DNA from: Craspedostauros australis
Taxonomy: Eukaryota
DNA: 43,059 bases
Reading direction: 5' to 3'
NCBI GenBank assembly: GCA_030167865.1
Contig: JALAGF010001184.1
Span: 1-43,059, forward strand
In this document: positions 14,229 through 26,585 of the stretch, one piece after another
Numbering within the stretch: position 1 is the stretch's first letter
How the letters are laid out: each line of letters begins with the position of its first letter
Program-made: the position numbers and the translations under genes
Notes under the pieces: model-generated
Database searches by the model: none
What the model was told of the DNA's origin: nothing
Seen by the model: only the letters and a program-made list of their open reading frames with translations

Positions 14229-17200
14229 ATGGATAATAACAACAACAACACTCACAACATAGGCGACGATGGACCATCCTTCGTGCCAAACGAAGCTGTG
14301 GACGAACCTTCCGTCGCAACAGCATCGGTTTCGGCAGCTGCAGGATCCGTCGCAACCACAACTGCAACCGACGAACAATCCATCCTGGCCCAGATGGATT
14401 CCGCCGTGCAGGAAAACCTGTCGGAAACAGCAGCGCGCGACGAAGCAGTCATCCGCGATGCAGCCGTCAAACAGAAAATCAAGATGGAATCCATCTCGCA
14501 GCGCGCGACGCATGTCTCACCGGCAGCCGTCGCCTCCTTGAAGACGGGGCGTATCACCAGCCCCTCCGCGCTGGGCCCCAACGACCGCAAGCATGGCATT
14601 ATGTCGCCGACCGGCAAATCCACGAAGGATCGAGTGACGCCATCGAGAACTGCCAGGGCCAACGCCAGACTCCACCTTTCGCCGCCCAGCGTGTATTCCA
14701 CGACGACGGCCACTACCACTGGTGCGTCCACCATCTCCTCCATCTCTGATAGCACCCAATCCACCAACACGCGACCGGCCTACGGCAACATGAAAACTGC
14801 GGCCCGCACCACGAGGCGAGAGGACGCGAAGATGGGACAGTATCAGAACAGCAACAAAGGCAACAACAACCTGGACCAGACAGAGCTAGAGGATGTCTCC
14901 ATCGCCACCACAGCAACCCCTCCCGTGCGGTTTGCGGCGACGCAGCGTGACAGCGAACGGGAAGCAGAGGAAGTGGCAGCAGCAGCAATGCCCAACACAC
15001 CAATGTCGTCCACGTCCAATTCCGCCACGACGCCTCTCGTTCCGAACGTAGCAGTCGGCAAGAGCAAGCATTCGACGATGTCTCCTCCCGACTCCACCTA
15101 CATCCTCGACGAGGAACATCCCGGCGCTTACCGCATTCCTGGAAGAAATACAATGGCAAATACCGAAGAGTTTGATGATCTCGCAGAACCACAGAACACC
15201 GACAGTCCAGCTGCAGTTAACTCTATCAACGCTCATATAGACATGGGCCAGGCCAAGTTGGCGCAAGCCAACCCTGTCGTCATGGACGATCTGGAAGATG
15301 GAGAGCGGCGCAAAATTCAGGAACAGGCCGAAGTCGACGTCAAAGCGAAATGGACCAAAACGACCATCGTGGCAGAACCAACGGACGAGTACGACGAAAG
15401 AAAGAACGAGGCCATGGCGGCTGAGCAGGAAGACAAGAGACGCCGTGACCGTCGCAAGCTCTACATCATCATCACTCTCATTCTACTGTGCACCGTCGGT
15501 ATCATCGTCGGACTCGCAGTGGGTCTCAAGGATGACGGATCAGACACCAAGAAAGGCATCATTGCCCCGCTCACTCCTGCTCCAATTTCTACTCCTGCGC
15601 CAACTCAAGTCACGTTCCCACCGACTGGAGCTCCAACCATCGATGGTAGAATCGACACGTGCTTCGGTGCCCGCAACCTCACCCAGGGCCACGCCGACTC
15701 GGGCCTTTGGGGCATTCCCAATCTCGTCAGTGGCTCGACCAACGGCGCCACTGAGGATGAATTCTTGACCACGTGCGGCATCATCGAATCCAACGGCCGC
15801 GGGGTGTGGTACCGACTGGTGGTGGAAACCGACACTGCCATCTCAGCATCGCCATCTACGTCGCCATCGGTTTCAGGTACCGCTGCAAATCCCGGGGAAG
15901 CAAGCGTGGCCAGCGGCAGATGGTTGGTATCCACATGCCACGAAGGCACCGGGTACGACTCCCAGGTCTCCGTCTACAAGGGCGAATGCGAGGTTGGATT
16001 CGATCCACAGCTCCAGTGCGTGGCCGGCAACGACCAAGGCGGAACGGGATGCGACGACAGGTCTCGCGTCGCCTTCATCGCCGAACCCGACGAGGAAGTC
16101 TACATCTACGTGCACGGATTTCGCAACAGCCAAGGAATCTACGAGCTCAGCGTGACACCGTTGGGCGACAACGACAAGTGCGAAGACGCGCTGTTCGTGA
16201 ATCGGACCGTTTTCAACATCACCGCCGAAGATGGCAGTCCACCCATCACGAGGTTCGGATCCACGATCGGGGCAACCGTTGACGATGATCCTGGAATTTC
16301 AACCACGTGCGATTCGCAAGATATCGCGATCACTGCTCCGGGAGTGTGGTACTCGATGCTTGGTGGTGGCGGTGAAGAGGTGATCATCGTGGAAGCAGAG
16401 AGGACCACGGGCTTCGATGCCCAGATCACCATCTTCCAAGGTGGCTCTTGCTCTAACCTGCGCTGTGAGAATACCAGCTCAAGCGGATCCATCAAGTTCG
16501 ATTCCGTCAAGGATCTGACCTACCTGATTCTCGTCCATGGAGTGGGCAACCAGGAAGGCGATTTTTCGTTGGTGTTTGATGTTGACTTCCCTGCGAATGA
16601 TAGAACTAATTCCATCTGCAACGATGCTCCAGAACTCGCCATCGGGGAAACGACCCAATTGAATTTGGAGCAATTCGAAACTCCATCTCCAATTTCTTGC
16701 GGTGATGGCGTGTTCGTCACGGGACCTGGAGTGTGGTTGAAGGTCGTTGGCAAAGGAACAGCATTGCAAGCATCCACCTGCAGTGCAAAAACCGGCAATA
16801 CGGACACACGACTGAGCGTCTTCAAGGGCGAGACGTGCGAATATCTCATCTGCGTCGACGGCAACGATCAGGATGAAAACTGCGGCGAGGCTTCTGGCGC
16901 AAGCTCTGTCACCTGGTTTGGTGAAGAGGGCGCGACATACTTTATTCTCGGTAAGTGAGGCAACGAGAACGCGTGATGTATCGTCGTTGTCGTCAGTCTG
17001 CGCGCAGTTTTGGTGGGCGCGGCGTTGATGCGCGCCGATTGCACCTTGTTTATCCACCATAGCTCCCGTATTTCTGCCTTCATCATGGACATTGTCACCC
17101 AACTGCTCCATTCGATAATCCCATCGAAGAACTTTCGCTCACATTTGCACGGTGCCATACGTACCCTATCTTTTGCCACGTTGTGCGTTCATGCCATGTC

Positions 17201-20200
17201 AACACATATCACTTGTGGACCTCCGTGTCTGGGGATTATTCTCATCCACTCTATATTCATTCTACGCTTCCTTTCGACCACAATGACACCGACAACGCAG
17301 TCCATGGCACCGAAGCCAAGGCAGGATTGTTCGAGTTGGGAATCACGGAAGCTCCGATCAACAGCGCCGATACGTGCGCCGAAGCTCCAGAAGTCTCCGA
17401 CGATGGCACAACGCTCATCGGGGCCTTCTTCAATTCCACTCTGGAGAGTGTCGACGTCCCTAAATGTGAAGGGATATTCAAGGAATGGCCCGGAGTCTGG
17501 TACTCCGTCGAAGGCACAGGAAAGGAGTTGTCAGCCTCGGCATGTGATGACCAATCTGACCAGGAGATCAACATAGTTGTGTACTCAGGCACGTGCGACT
17601 CGCTCACTTGCTCGAACATCACCGTCATACCGTGCGGAGCACAGTCATCCGTGACATGGCCCACGGAGATCGGGACCCCCTACTTCCTTTTGGTCCAATC
17701 GCCAGCCGAAGTTGCCCGAGCCCTCCAAATCTCTCCATTGGAACCCAGCAACGTCATCAATCCAGCCAAGATCTTCTCCTTCTCGGTGGAACCTGTGGTG
17801 TTCAACGATCTGTGCATGAATTCCATCGGCCCGCTGAGCGCAGACAACAGCATCACTTTTGGCTCAACAAGCAGCGCGACGCCTGACGACGATTCTTCGT
17901 GTCCAGCAGATCTCACGAGCTCCAAGGGCAGGGGTATTTGGTACACCGTCCTTGGAACCGGAGGACTCTTAACCGCCTCCACCCTATCAGAGTACACGAC
18001 CTTTGGGACAACCATATCTGTATTTGATGGTGGTTGTGTCAGCGCTTTCTGTTCGAACAAGGCGCAAGCGACGGTCTACGAAAGCGGCGCAGCGGCGGTC
18101 TCATGGCAATCGGCTGAGAACACGCTCTATCACCTGCACGTTGCCGCCTCGTCAATCGACGAGCTGGGGAATTTCGCGCTTCGGATCGCCACAGAGAATG
18201 ACATATGTGAGAGTTCCGCCGAGATCAAAATGGGCGAGACTGTCTCTTCGTCCAGCGACTCCGCGCTCTTCGCGACGAGCGACGAAGACGTTCCATCATG
18301 CAACGTCTCCATCGAGACACCAGCCGTATGGTACAGGATTGCCTCCGTCCGCGCAAGAGTTGACATGTTTGCCTCCGTCGAGCACGCCGAAAGAAACGGC
18401 GCTTCAAGGATCGCTGTCTATGGCGGCAATTGTGGATCTTTGGAATGTGTTGATTTCAACACACGCGAAGAGTCCAGCACTGGGGCGACCTTGTCATGGA
18501 AACCGCTTGAAAACACCACGTACTTCGTCGCTGTGTCCGGACCCTCGTTGCATCCGTACAGTCTTACGGTGGATCGCAACGGTGCTTCGTGCCGAGGTCC
18601 AATATTTGTGGACGACAAGTTTGGCCAACCTGTTCCAGTACTGGTTGACACAGACAGTGCCATCGAAGACACCGTTTGCAGATCAGTCGGAACTGCTCCT
18701 GGAAAATGGTTCCAATTTCAGGGAACAGGACACACGATGGAAGTCAGCTTGGCCTGCGGCACAGGTCCGTTCTTCATTGCCGTGATGACGGGAGCCTGTG
18801 GTTCTGCATCTCAGCAATGCATACAGCAGGCGTCTTTCACGGAGTGTGATGGAGTCCCATTCACAGTCCAGTTTGCCACCGTTCCGAGAGAAACGTACCG
18901 TGTGTTGATCCAGTCCGAAGGAGACACAATCATCACTGTGAGCTTTGAGGAAGTTCCCAACGAAACCTGCGACCTCGCACGCTCCTTGGAAGGCGAGATC
19001 AGCGGGAACAGGCTCAAGATTGATGGGTCTTTCACAACAATATTTAACGAAGGCTTCGACTTTTGCGGCAGCGCAGTGAACTACGGCGGATTCGGCGATG
19101 GATCAGGCGCGTGGTACACATTCAAAGGCACAGGTGGCTTGATGTACGCCGCCACGTGCTTTGATGAAACAACTTCCGATACGCAAATCACTGTCTACAA
19201 GGGAGCATGCAGCAGTCAGCAATGCGTCACAGGCAACAACAACATCGGTCCCGTGGAACCCGTGAATTTCGCCGTTGGGTCTCCAGTGGATGTGCAGCTT
19301 CGATTGAACACCACTGATGATATATGCTCAGAGAAGATTCTGAGCTTGCCATACACCAGCTCCGTGTCATGGTCGTCCGACGTGGATGAAACTTATCATG
19401 TGCTTGTCCACGGAACTGAAAGTCGCACCACTGGTAACTTCACCCTCTCCATCGGCGAAGACCGTGTGTGGAACAACGACGAATGCGACAACAAACTGCA
19501 TCTCAGTGGCAAGGGAGTTCCAGCGACGAGCACACTCCGGTTTGCAACAACGGCCGATGCTGCTGAGAGGCCCCCGAGTTGCCTTGACGACGACCAAGCA
19601 AATGGAAGAGACTTGTGGTTCTCCTTCACTGGCACCGGCAAAGTAACGTACATCTCCACGTGCTCACCCATCACGACCTTCTTCCCCTACATGGGAGTGT
19701 ACGTGGGAAGTTGTGGCAGTCATGAATGTGCACCAGTCCAAGACGTGCAAGGATGTGACGGCAACACAATTGGGCAAACCATGGTTCTTTCAACGTTCGC
19801 GGAGCAAATCTATGACATTCGTATCGCCAGCTATTCAGACAATGAATTCGGAAGTTTCGTTCTTGACATCATCACGGAGAACGACGAGTGCAGCGCTGCC
19901 ACGTTCTTTCGTTTTACCCCAACCGCCACATACAAGATTGGTTCAACTGTGAACGCAAAAGCGCCCGACTTCAATGCATGCACCGACAGCACCAACAGCG
20001 ATGCTGGTGTTTGGTATTCGGTAACTGGACGCGGCGATGAGCTGGTGGCATCCACATGTCACAATGACACGGAGATCGATACTTCGATCCACGTGTTCAC
20101 TGGCGGGTGCGACAGTGGGCTGAATTGTGTGAAGGAGACGATCATCGACGATTGCGAGGGCGGCGGGCAGTCCGTGCGGTGGGTGGCAGAACGATTCCAA

Positions 20201-21130
20201 ACCTACCTGATCCTCGTGAGCGGCGGACCTGGCACATTCGGTCTCTCCGTCGATGAGCCTGTGCCGGAACCCGGCCCAAGCGAGACATGCCAGACAGCAG
20301 TGGCCTTGCCTCTGAGCACCGATCAGATCTCGGTGGCTCTTGCCTCATTCCCCGTGTCGGATGCATCGCCCTGCGAAGTCTACAGCTCTGTCGTTGGTGC
20401 ATGGTACGTGGTCAAAGGAACTGGCTTGGGCATCTCGATCACAGGATTTTGCACCGAATTTCGGACGGCCGTGTCAGTGTTCCGAGGCGGCTGCTCCACT
20501 GCAGAGCAGGAATGCGTGGCTGTGGTCGCCAACGCGGACTTTTGCTTCAAGTTCTTCGAGACTACCTTTTTGTCGGAGGCTGGAGTGGACTACTACGTGC
20601 TGGTCCACAGTGACAGCACATCCTATAGCGGGGTTGCCCAGTTCGGCGTTCAGGAATATTTGAATGACAATTGCTTCGACTCGTTTGGACCGTACAGCAT
20701 GCCTTCCGATGCGGACCTCCAGCTGCAGGGATCCATCACTGCTGACAGCGGCAGGACGCAGCGTGGTGGCGATTGCGGGAGGGCCGTTAACACCAACTTT
20801 GCCGTGTGGTACACCGTCATGGGAAATGGCAACACCTTCCAAGCCACGACGTGCAACGAGGGGACGGACTTTGACACGCAGATATCGGTCTATTCGGGAT
20901 CCTGCTTCACTCTGGAATGCCTTGCTGGCAACAACGACATGAGTTTCGACGCGACGGGCCTTTCCGTTTGCAATGCACCAGACGAGACGGCCTCTTTGCA
21001 CAGCCAAGTGACATGGGCGACGGACAGCGGCGTGGAATACAGGGTCGCCGTGCAAGGTGGAGTGCCTGGCACCGACTTTCCATTCGGGTCATTCAATCTG
21101 ATCATCAGTGAAGTGGAGCTGTTGAACTAA
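14229..21130 (+). CDS. Giant single-pass (type II) membrane protein with 12 Cys-rich ~120-160 aa repeats; 2 exons (14229-16950, 17301-21130), ~2183 aa
   Basis: A phase-1 splice G|GTAAGT...GCAG|TC restores YFIL-VHG, matching the repeat consensus. The protein has a disordered N-terminus, a TM segment LYIIITLILLCTVGIIVGLAVGL and a P/T stalk. The repeat consensus is NDxCxxA...GVWY..GTG...TC...DTQISVYxGxC..LxC...W...YxILVHG...GxFxL. Confidence 0.9.
16951..17300 (+). other. Spliceosomal intron (350 nt)
   Basis: GTAAGT donor and GCAG acceptor, phase 1, joining ORFs 14229..16958 and 17183..21130. Confidence 0.9.
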
Positions 21131-21444
21131 AGCAGGGCAGGCTGGAGTAGGGCATTTCGATCAAGGCGAAGGGAGCCATGAGCCAGCAATGCAAAGAGAG
21201 TTGCAGACGCGAGAGTTAATCAGTCGCGACATGCATACCTGTACTGCACTCGTCGGCAGTGCACACACATACATATTAGAGAGAGTACCATTAGGACATA
21301 CAACATCGACAACAACAACATCGCCTGCAGCACGAATACTGCACATTCGTTGTTTTGACGCGCGCAATGATGACTACTTTACTGAGATGACTCTCATCTT
21401 CTTTTCTACTACAGCAGGGCAGGTGGCGCAATCGCTCCCACGTT

Positions 21445-22914
21445 TCATGACACCGACTGATGCATCGATTCTGCCTGCATGACGATGCGATGCCTGGGAT
21501 TCGGAACGAAATCCAAAATGCGATCACCGTAATCATCCGTCGACCCCATGTCGCAAAAGGTGTACGAAATGCGTGCACTACTCAGCCACGTCTTCAGCGA
21601 CTTCGTCGCATCGCGCGCGATGGCATCGCGGAAGAGATCGTTGGACACGACGTATCCGGCGCTGTCTTCGGTCTGCGGTCGTTTCGCGGCGCGCTGCGTT
21701 TCGCGACGCGCGATCATCAAGGCGTAGGCATCGTCGTCGTCGGTGGGCGGCGATGCCACCAGCAGTCCCTTGTTGCGCAAGTTCTCCAGCAATTCCAATT
21801 GCGGCGTCTGCATTTGGGCATTGCCGCGATCACCATTTCGCGGTTTGGACCGCATCCATGAGAGAGGCAGAACGACGAGGACACGGAATCCCGTCTGTTC
21901 GAAGTAATCTGTCGCGACCTGGATGCCGCGCGTATCGGGTTGGATCTTGCTGATCCTGCTTTCGTGATGCAAGCTGGAGGCATTGGGTCCATCGAGTTTG
22001 GCGGTTGCGTAAGCGTAGGCCACGTTGGCACCATCCAGTACCAGCAACGGTGTCTTGATGCTGTGATCCTCCACGCCCTCCATGCGTTCCACGATGTCGT
22101 AATCGTAGGCTGGTTCTGGTGCTTGCTGATGATGGTTGTCGTTTGAAATGGTGGCATGGGTCTGAGCCGGTTGGCCCACAACATACACAGAAGCAGATGG
22201 AGCGTTGCGGGGTTGCGGCTGGCTATACGTATGCTGCTGATGGTGCTGCTGATGGTGCTGCTGTTGATATTGCTGATAGTGTTGATGCTGTTGATGATAT
22301 GCCGGAGATTGCTGAGGCGTGAAGTGATTGGAGTGCTGCTCGATTTCCGCATCGATCATCATTTCATCGCCGTTGTGTTCATCATCATGGTGGGAGCTCA
22401 TCTCGTGATTGCTGTCGCCACCACCGATCGTGAACGAACGCTGGCTGCTGTCATTGTGATTGTGGTTGCCGTTGGTCCTCGTACGAATATGATTGTTGGA
22501 AGTAGTACTTGCAGGCATATTCGCCGAAGTGTTATTCGCTGCATTGCCTCCAATGATGGTGCGGCTGTTGCTCGTCTTCAAAGCAGTCTGCTCCGAGAAT
22601 GGCACCGCCAAGGACGATGATCGTAGCGTCGATTGCGGCTTGGACCGCGAATTGGTATCATCATTGCCACCAATGACATGGCTCGATTTGCGCGATGTTG
22701 ATTTGCGTTTGTCGCCGAATGAGGAGCGCCGCCCTGCACTGGTGGGAGAACTCATCGCTGCCTGTTGCAACGACGACATTTGCTGCCCTGACTTCTTGCG
22801 TTGCTGCGCCGCAGAGGACGACGACTGCGTCCATGATCCGCTGCGTTGCTGCGTTGTTGCAGCTGGCACGCCGATCGGGCTGCCTTCCTGCACCAATCGT
22901 GGTCGGCCCTTCAT
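21445..22914 (-). CDS. Zc3h12a/Regnase-like NYN (PIN-fold) ribonuclease with a long low-complexity N-terminus
   Basis: Motifs LVLDGANVAY, PPTDDDDAYAL and YVVSNDLFRD match the Regnase/N4BP1 RNase acidic residues, followed by RISYTF and FVPNP. The start is uncertain (ATG at 22914 or 23085). Confidence 0.85.
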   Translation of the reverse strand: MKGRPRLVQEGSPIGVPAATTQQRSGSWTQSSSSAAQQRKKSGQQMSSLQQAAMSSPTSAGRRSSFGDKRKSTSRKSSHVIGGNDDTNSRSKPQSTLRSSSLAVPFSEQTALKTSNSRTIIGGNAANNTSANMPASTTSNNHIRTRTNGNHNHNDSSQRSFTIGGGDSNHEMSSHHDDEHNGDEMMIDAEIEQHSNHFTPQQSPAYHQQHQHYQQYQQQHHQQHHQQHTYSQPQPRNAPSASVYVVGQPAQTHATISNDNHHQQAPEPAYDYDIVERMEGVEDHSIKTPLLVLDGANVAYAYATAKLDGPNASSLHHESRISKIQPDTRGIQVATDYFEQTGFRVLVVLPLSWMRSKPRNGDRGNAQMQTPQLELLENLRNKGLLVASPPTDDDDAYALMIARRETQRAAKRPQTEDSAGYVVSNDLFRDAIARDATKSLKTWLSSARISYTFCDMGSTDDYGDRILDFVPNPRHRIVMQAESMHQSVS

Positions 22915-23555
22915 GGATCTGTCGGTTGTCTGTCTTCCTTTCCTTGCTTCGTTGACTTGATTCGGTGAATTGATTCGGTGAAGACCTTGACGTTCCTTGC
23001 AGAGAGTCTTTCCTTGGACTTGGCTGGACTCTCTATTCCACCATCGTCGTTGTGAGAAGCTGAGGAATTGTGATCTGTTGGGCATGGTCGAAACGTCTCC
23101 GCGATGAGCCACGAATCGCGAGAAGCCCGAGTTTCGTCATAGTGATTTCACCCGTGACTCAATGGCGGAGATACTCGTGAATGAAACGGTCATCATCGTC
23201 GGAGTGTTGGGTCTGCGTCTGTCAAGATCACAGCACTTAGTATGATACGATCTATTGATGACCATCTTCTGACCCACATATACTAATACTAATACTCCAC
23301 CGTGCTCTACTCTAAGTTGTATTGGACGGATTCCGACGTTCATTCGTTCGTTCGTTGCTGTACAATTTTCGCAAATTTCTGTGTTGAGCGTGCATGTCTC
23401 TCTCTACTGGAAGAGAGTTGCGTTGCGTTGCTCTGTTTCTCAACCTGCTTCGATCTCATCATTCGTGACATGATGGATCGTCGCTTTCACATCGCCGCAA
23501 TGGCCACATAATCTGTCAACTCCCAAAAGCCCAAGAGATGCGCCCACCCCTGGCC

Positions 23556-25059
23556 TCATCTCCGAGTTCTGTTCGTTTGCTGATTTGCTCTCTTCTCCAT
23601 CTTGGTGCGAATTTGCTGCAGGAAGTCTCGAATCTCTTGGGCTTCCCCGATCGTCATCTTGCCTTGTGATTTCTCTGCCATCTCGACAAATGTTGGCTGC
23701 AGATATTCCTTGACGTCTTGACAGACTGCAAGGATCGTGGTGGTGATTGTTGTTGTGTTGGAGGATGACGGGAGAAAGAAACCGTCCAAGTTGAGTTAGA
23801 ACTAGATTCTCTGTACACTGATTCCGTAGATCCAAGCTCGTCATCTTCATCTCGGTACTCTGGAACCCAATCCAAAAAATCGCACACAACGCAAAGCGCC
23901 ACTGCGCAAACAACCCGAACATCAACTTACTGAGACTGGGATCGATCAGCATGTCCTCTTCGTCATCGGAATCACCATCCATCATGGGAAGCAATCCATG
24001 ATCATCGTCACCCAATTCAAACGCGCCGATGCCTTGCACAGTCGTCGTTCGCGCTGCCGGCGGCGGCATCTCAGCCGCTGGTTCTTCCGCCAATTCGACC
24101 GCGCGTGGCACGACGGCTGGCACGGCAACCGCAACGCGCGGCGGTTCCGCTGCAGGCGGTGGACGCAGTTCCTCCAACCGAGGATGCCGCGTGTGCGTTG
24201 CGCATCCCGAACTGCCGCAACTGACGAAGCATCCATATTCATCGTAGTTGAGACAGATGCGGAATCGACAAATATCTTCCTTGCATTGCGGCGCTCCCAT
24301 GTACTCGCTTTCGCCATTGCGTCTGCGACGTTTGCGGGGGTTGGGGTCGTCCGCATTCGTCTCATTGTTGTTGTTGTCGTCATTGTCCGCACCGTTGGTA
24401 TTGGAGTCCTCGGACCGCCGATTCGCATTGCGCACGCGATAGCGATGGCACACCAAGGTATGCGCTTGGCGGCCCTTGCGATGCAGACCTTTGGAGACCA
24501 GCTTGAATCCGTCCTTGCGCGATTTGAAAATGAGATCGTTCGTGAGTTTGGTGAGGCCGTTGGAATCGGCGGAGTAGGTGTAGGGACAGAAGTACGCCTT
24601 GCTGCGAGGGTAGTACTGCGTGCGATCAAAGAGCAGCATGATGTCCATCTTGCGCAGCTTCTCTTTGATGTCGAGACGCTTTTCGAAATCGCGGTAAGGT
24701 CCCGCGACGCGGAAGAACATGGAGGCATTCCATGTCAGCGGGTCTGCCTCTTCGTTTGGTTGTGCCTGTGGTTGTTGTACTGGCGGTGGCTGTTGTACTG
24801 GCGGTGGCGACGCCGGCTGTTCCAAAACCACTTGCGACTGAGGCTCCGCGAGTGCGACGGGCTGCGCCACCGGCGGCTGCGTTCGTTGTTGCTGCACCAA
24901 CAGCGCTTGCGCATGCAGCTCCAGCTGTTGCACTGCCTGATTTGCCAGCGCTTCTACGCCCTGCTTTGCCAGAGCTGCTTGCTCGTGCAGGTTGGCTGCC
25001 ATGCCATCGCTGCCGTTCGTTGTGCCATTGGCAACGGCAACATCGGTGTTAGATGCCAT
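23556..25059 (-). CDS. Uncharacterised, probably nuclear protein with a Q/P-rich N-terminus and a putative FAR1/WRKY-GCM1-like Zn finger; probable 2 exons (25059-23931, 23725-23556), ~432 aa
   Basis: Long ORF with coding-like composition, an NLS-like PRKRRRR and the pattern LVCHRYR...CRFRICL...GCATHTRHP. A GTAAGT donor at 23930 and a TTGCAG acceptor at 23726 (phase 1) join to ICQDVKEYLQPTFVEMAEK. An alternative phase-1 acceptor lies near 23861. Confidence 0.65.
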
Positions 25060-25589
25060 GGTGTTACCACTTCCTTCCGCTATCTTCTCTTTCTCTCTCT
25101 CTCTTTGACGACAACAGAACGGCGTTTCTGTTTTGCCAGTTCAGTTCTTGTGCCTGTTTTTTTTTTGCTGTTTGTTTGACAACTTGACGACAGAACATCG
25201 TCCGTTGATCTTCGCCATGGTGACAACCACAACAACGCACGCAAAAGACCTGCGTCTACGATCGAGTGTAGATGTCACCTTCGCCTTCCACGGCACAACC
25301 CAACACGAACATGGCCAGACCAAGGACAGCATTCTTAACGTCTCACTTTTCAATCAGGGAAAGCCCACGATCGTCAGTATCTTGACCTCCCATAGTCATA
25401 CAGGAGTGAATATAGTGGTCGAAGGCACAGATAGCAGCGCATACCTACGTACTCGTGTGGATACACTGAGATGTGCTCTAATTGGGTATTATATGCGTAG
25501 GCTACAGCGCTTGTTCTAGCACAGGTGCGCGAGAGAAGTCCATTCGAGAACAATTGTTGTACTATGGTCGACGAATGCTCTCTCTAGTC

Positions 25590-26585
25590 TTATCGTTTGG
25601 TACGCGAAAGGATGAACACCGATCCCTTGTGACCACGCGTGATGCGCAGATCCTCATCGACGTACTGCGTGCGCAACCATCCACTCGGTCCAATGAAGCT
25701 GAGCGAGAGCAGCACATTGACAAATGTGCCTGGTATCTGAATGCGACAGGACTCGAACTTGACATCGATGCGATACTCGTCGACGGGTTCGAAATTGATC
25801 AACACCGTCACGGATGCTTGCTTCATTTTGCCGTTTTGCGACGGCCACGGAATTTGGAACGACACTACATTGCGCGCCTGCTGTTTCTTGAGATCGATGG
25901 CTTGCGTGGCGCGTACGGTGCTCTCCTCCTGTGTCGTGCGAATGATACCCATGCTCTCCAATCGATCCTGCGCGGCGCGTGGCAGAACGGGGGCGCTCCT
26001 GCCGGTGGGATTGTTGATGTAGGACTGATTCTCCAATGGATTGAGCCACGCCAACGGACCTCGCGATTCCGGCCTCGATTTGTCCTGCGCCGTCCAAAGC
26101 AATTCCCAAGTACCGGCAAGCTTGGGCAGGATGGAAGACGCATCATCGTTCATCGATACCTGTTCTAGTTGCCGCACCGCCTCCAATATTTCGGCAGTCA
26201 CCGCCGCGGACGTTGGCGCATTCTGCGGAGCCTTTTGCTCGAGGAGGGCGAGCAGATTCTGCTTGTATTGCAATTGCAACGTGTTGCTCGTATCGTCGCT
26301 CTTGCGTTTGTCGAAGAATGACGCGAGGAACGATTGCGACAACGCGCGAGTTCTGCGCGTCGACGCGTTGCGTTGCGAGCGTTGGCGGGCATCCAACCTG
26401 CGGAATGCCGTCAATGATGGTGGCGGAGTTCGCATGCACGAATCCCTCCGGCTTGGTGTTGTTGCGATGTGGCAGTTGGTCGTACGAGCACTGAATGCCA
26501 CCACCTCCCCGATACTGCCAAGACACAGGGCAGCCGTGGCGATAACAGCGAGAAGCATCGTGGTCCTCTTCCACAACATGATCAT
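25590..26585 (-). CDS. Plastid lipid-associated protein (PAP/fibrillin family)
   Basis: Signal peptide plus VVA-FSAR and an R/S/T-rich transit peptide. Motifs include AVRQLEQ, LAGTWELLWT and GWLRTQYVDEDLRITRGHKGSVFIL. Confidence 0.9.
   Translation of the reverse strand: MIMLWKRTTMLLAVIATAALCLGSIGEVVAFSARTTNCHIATTPSRRDSCMRTPPPSLTAFRRLDARQRSQRNASTRRTRALSQSFLASFFDKRKSDDTSNTLQLQYKQNLLALLEQKAPQNAPTSAAVTAEILEAVRQLEQVSMNDDASSILPKLAGTWELLWTAQDKSRPESRGPLAWLNPLENQSYINNPTGRSAPVLPRAAQDRLESMGIIRTTQEESTVRATQAIDLKKQQARNVVSFQIPWPSQNGKMKQASVTVLINFEPVDEYRIDVKFESCRIQIPGTFVNVLLSLSFIGPSGWLRTQYVDEDLRITRGHKGSVFILSRTKR

Noticed and set aside
14070-14513. Minus-strand ORF with a poly-Leu tract
   Set aside because: Artefact of the AGC/AAC simple repeat read in antisense.
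23998-25179. 393-aa plus-strand ORF
   Set aside because: Antisense shadow of the minus-strand gene with R/L/W-rich, non-protein-like composition.
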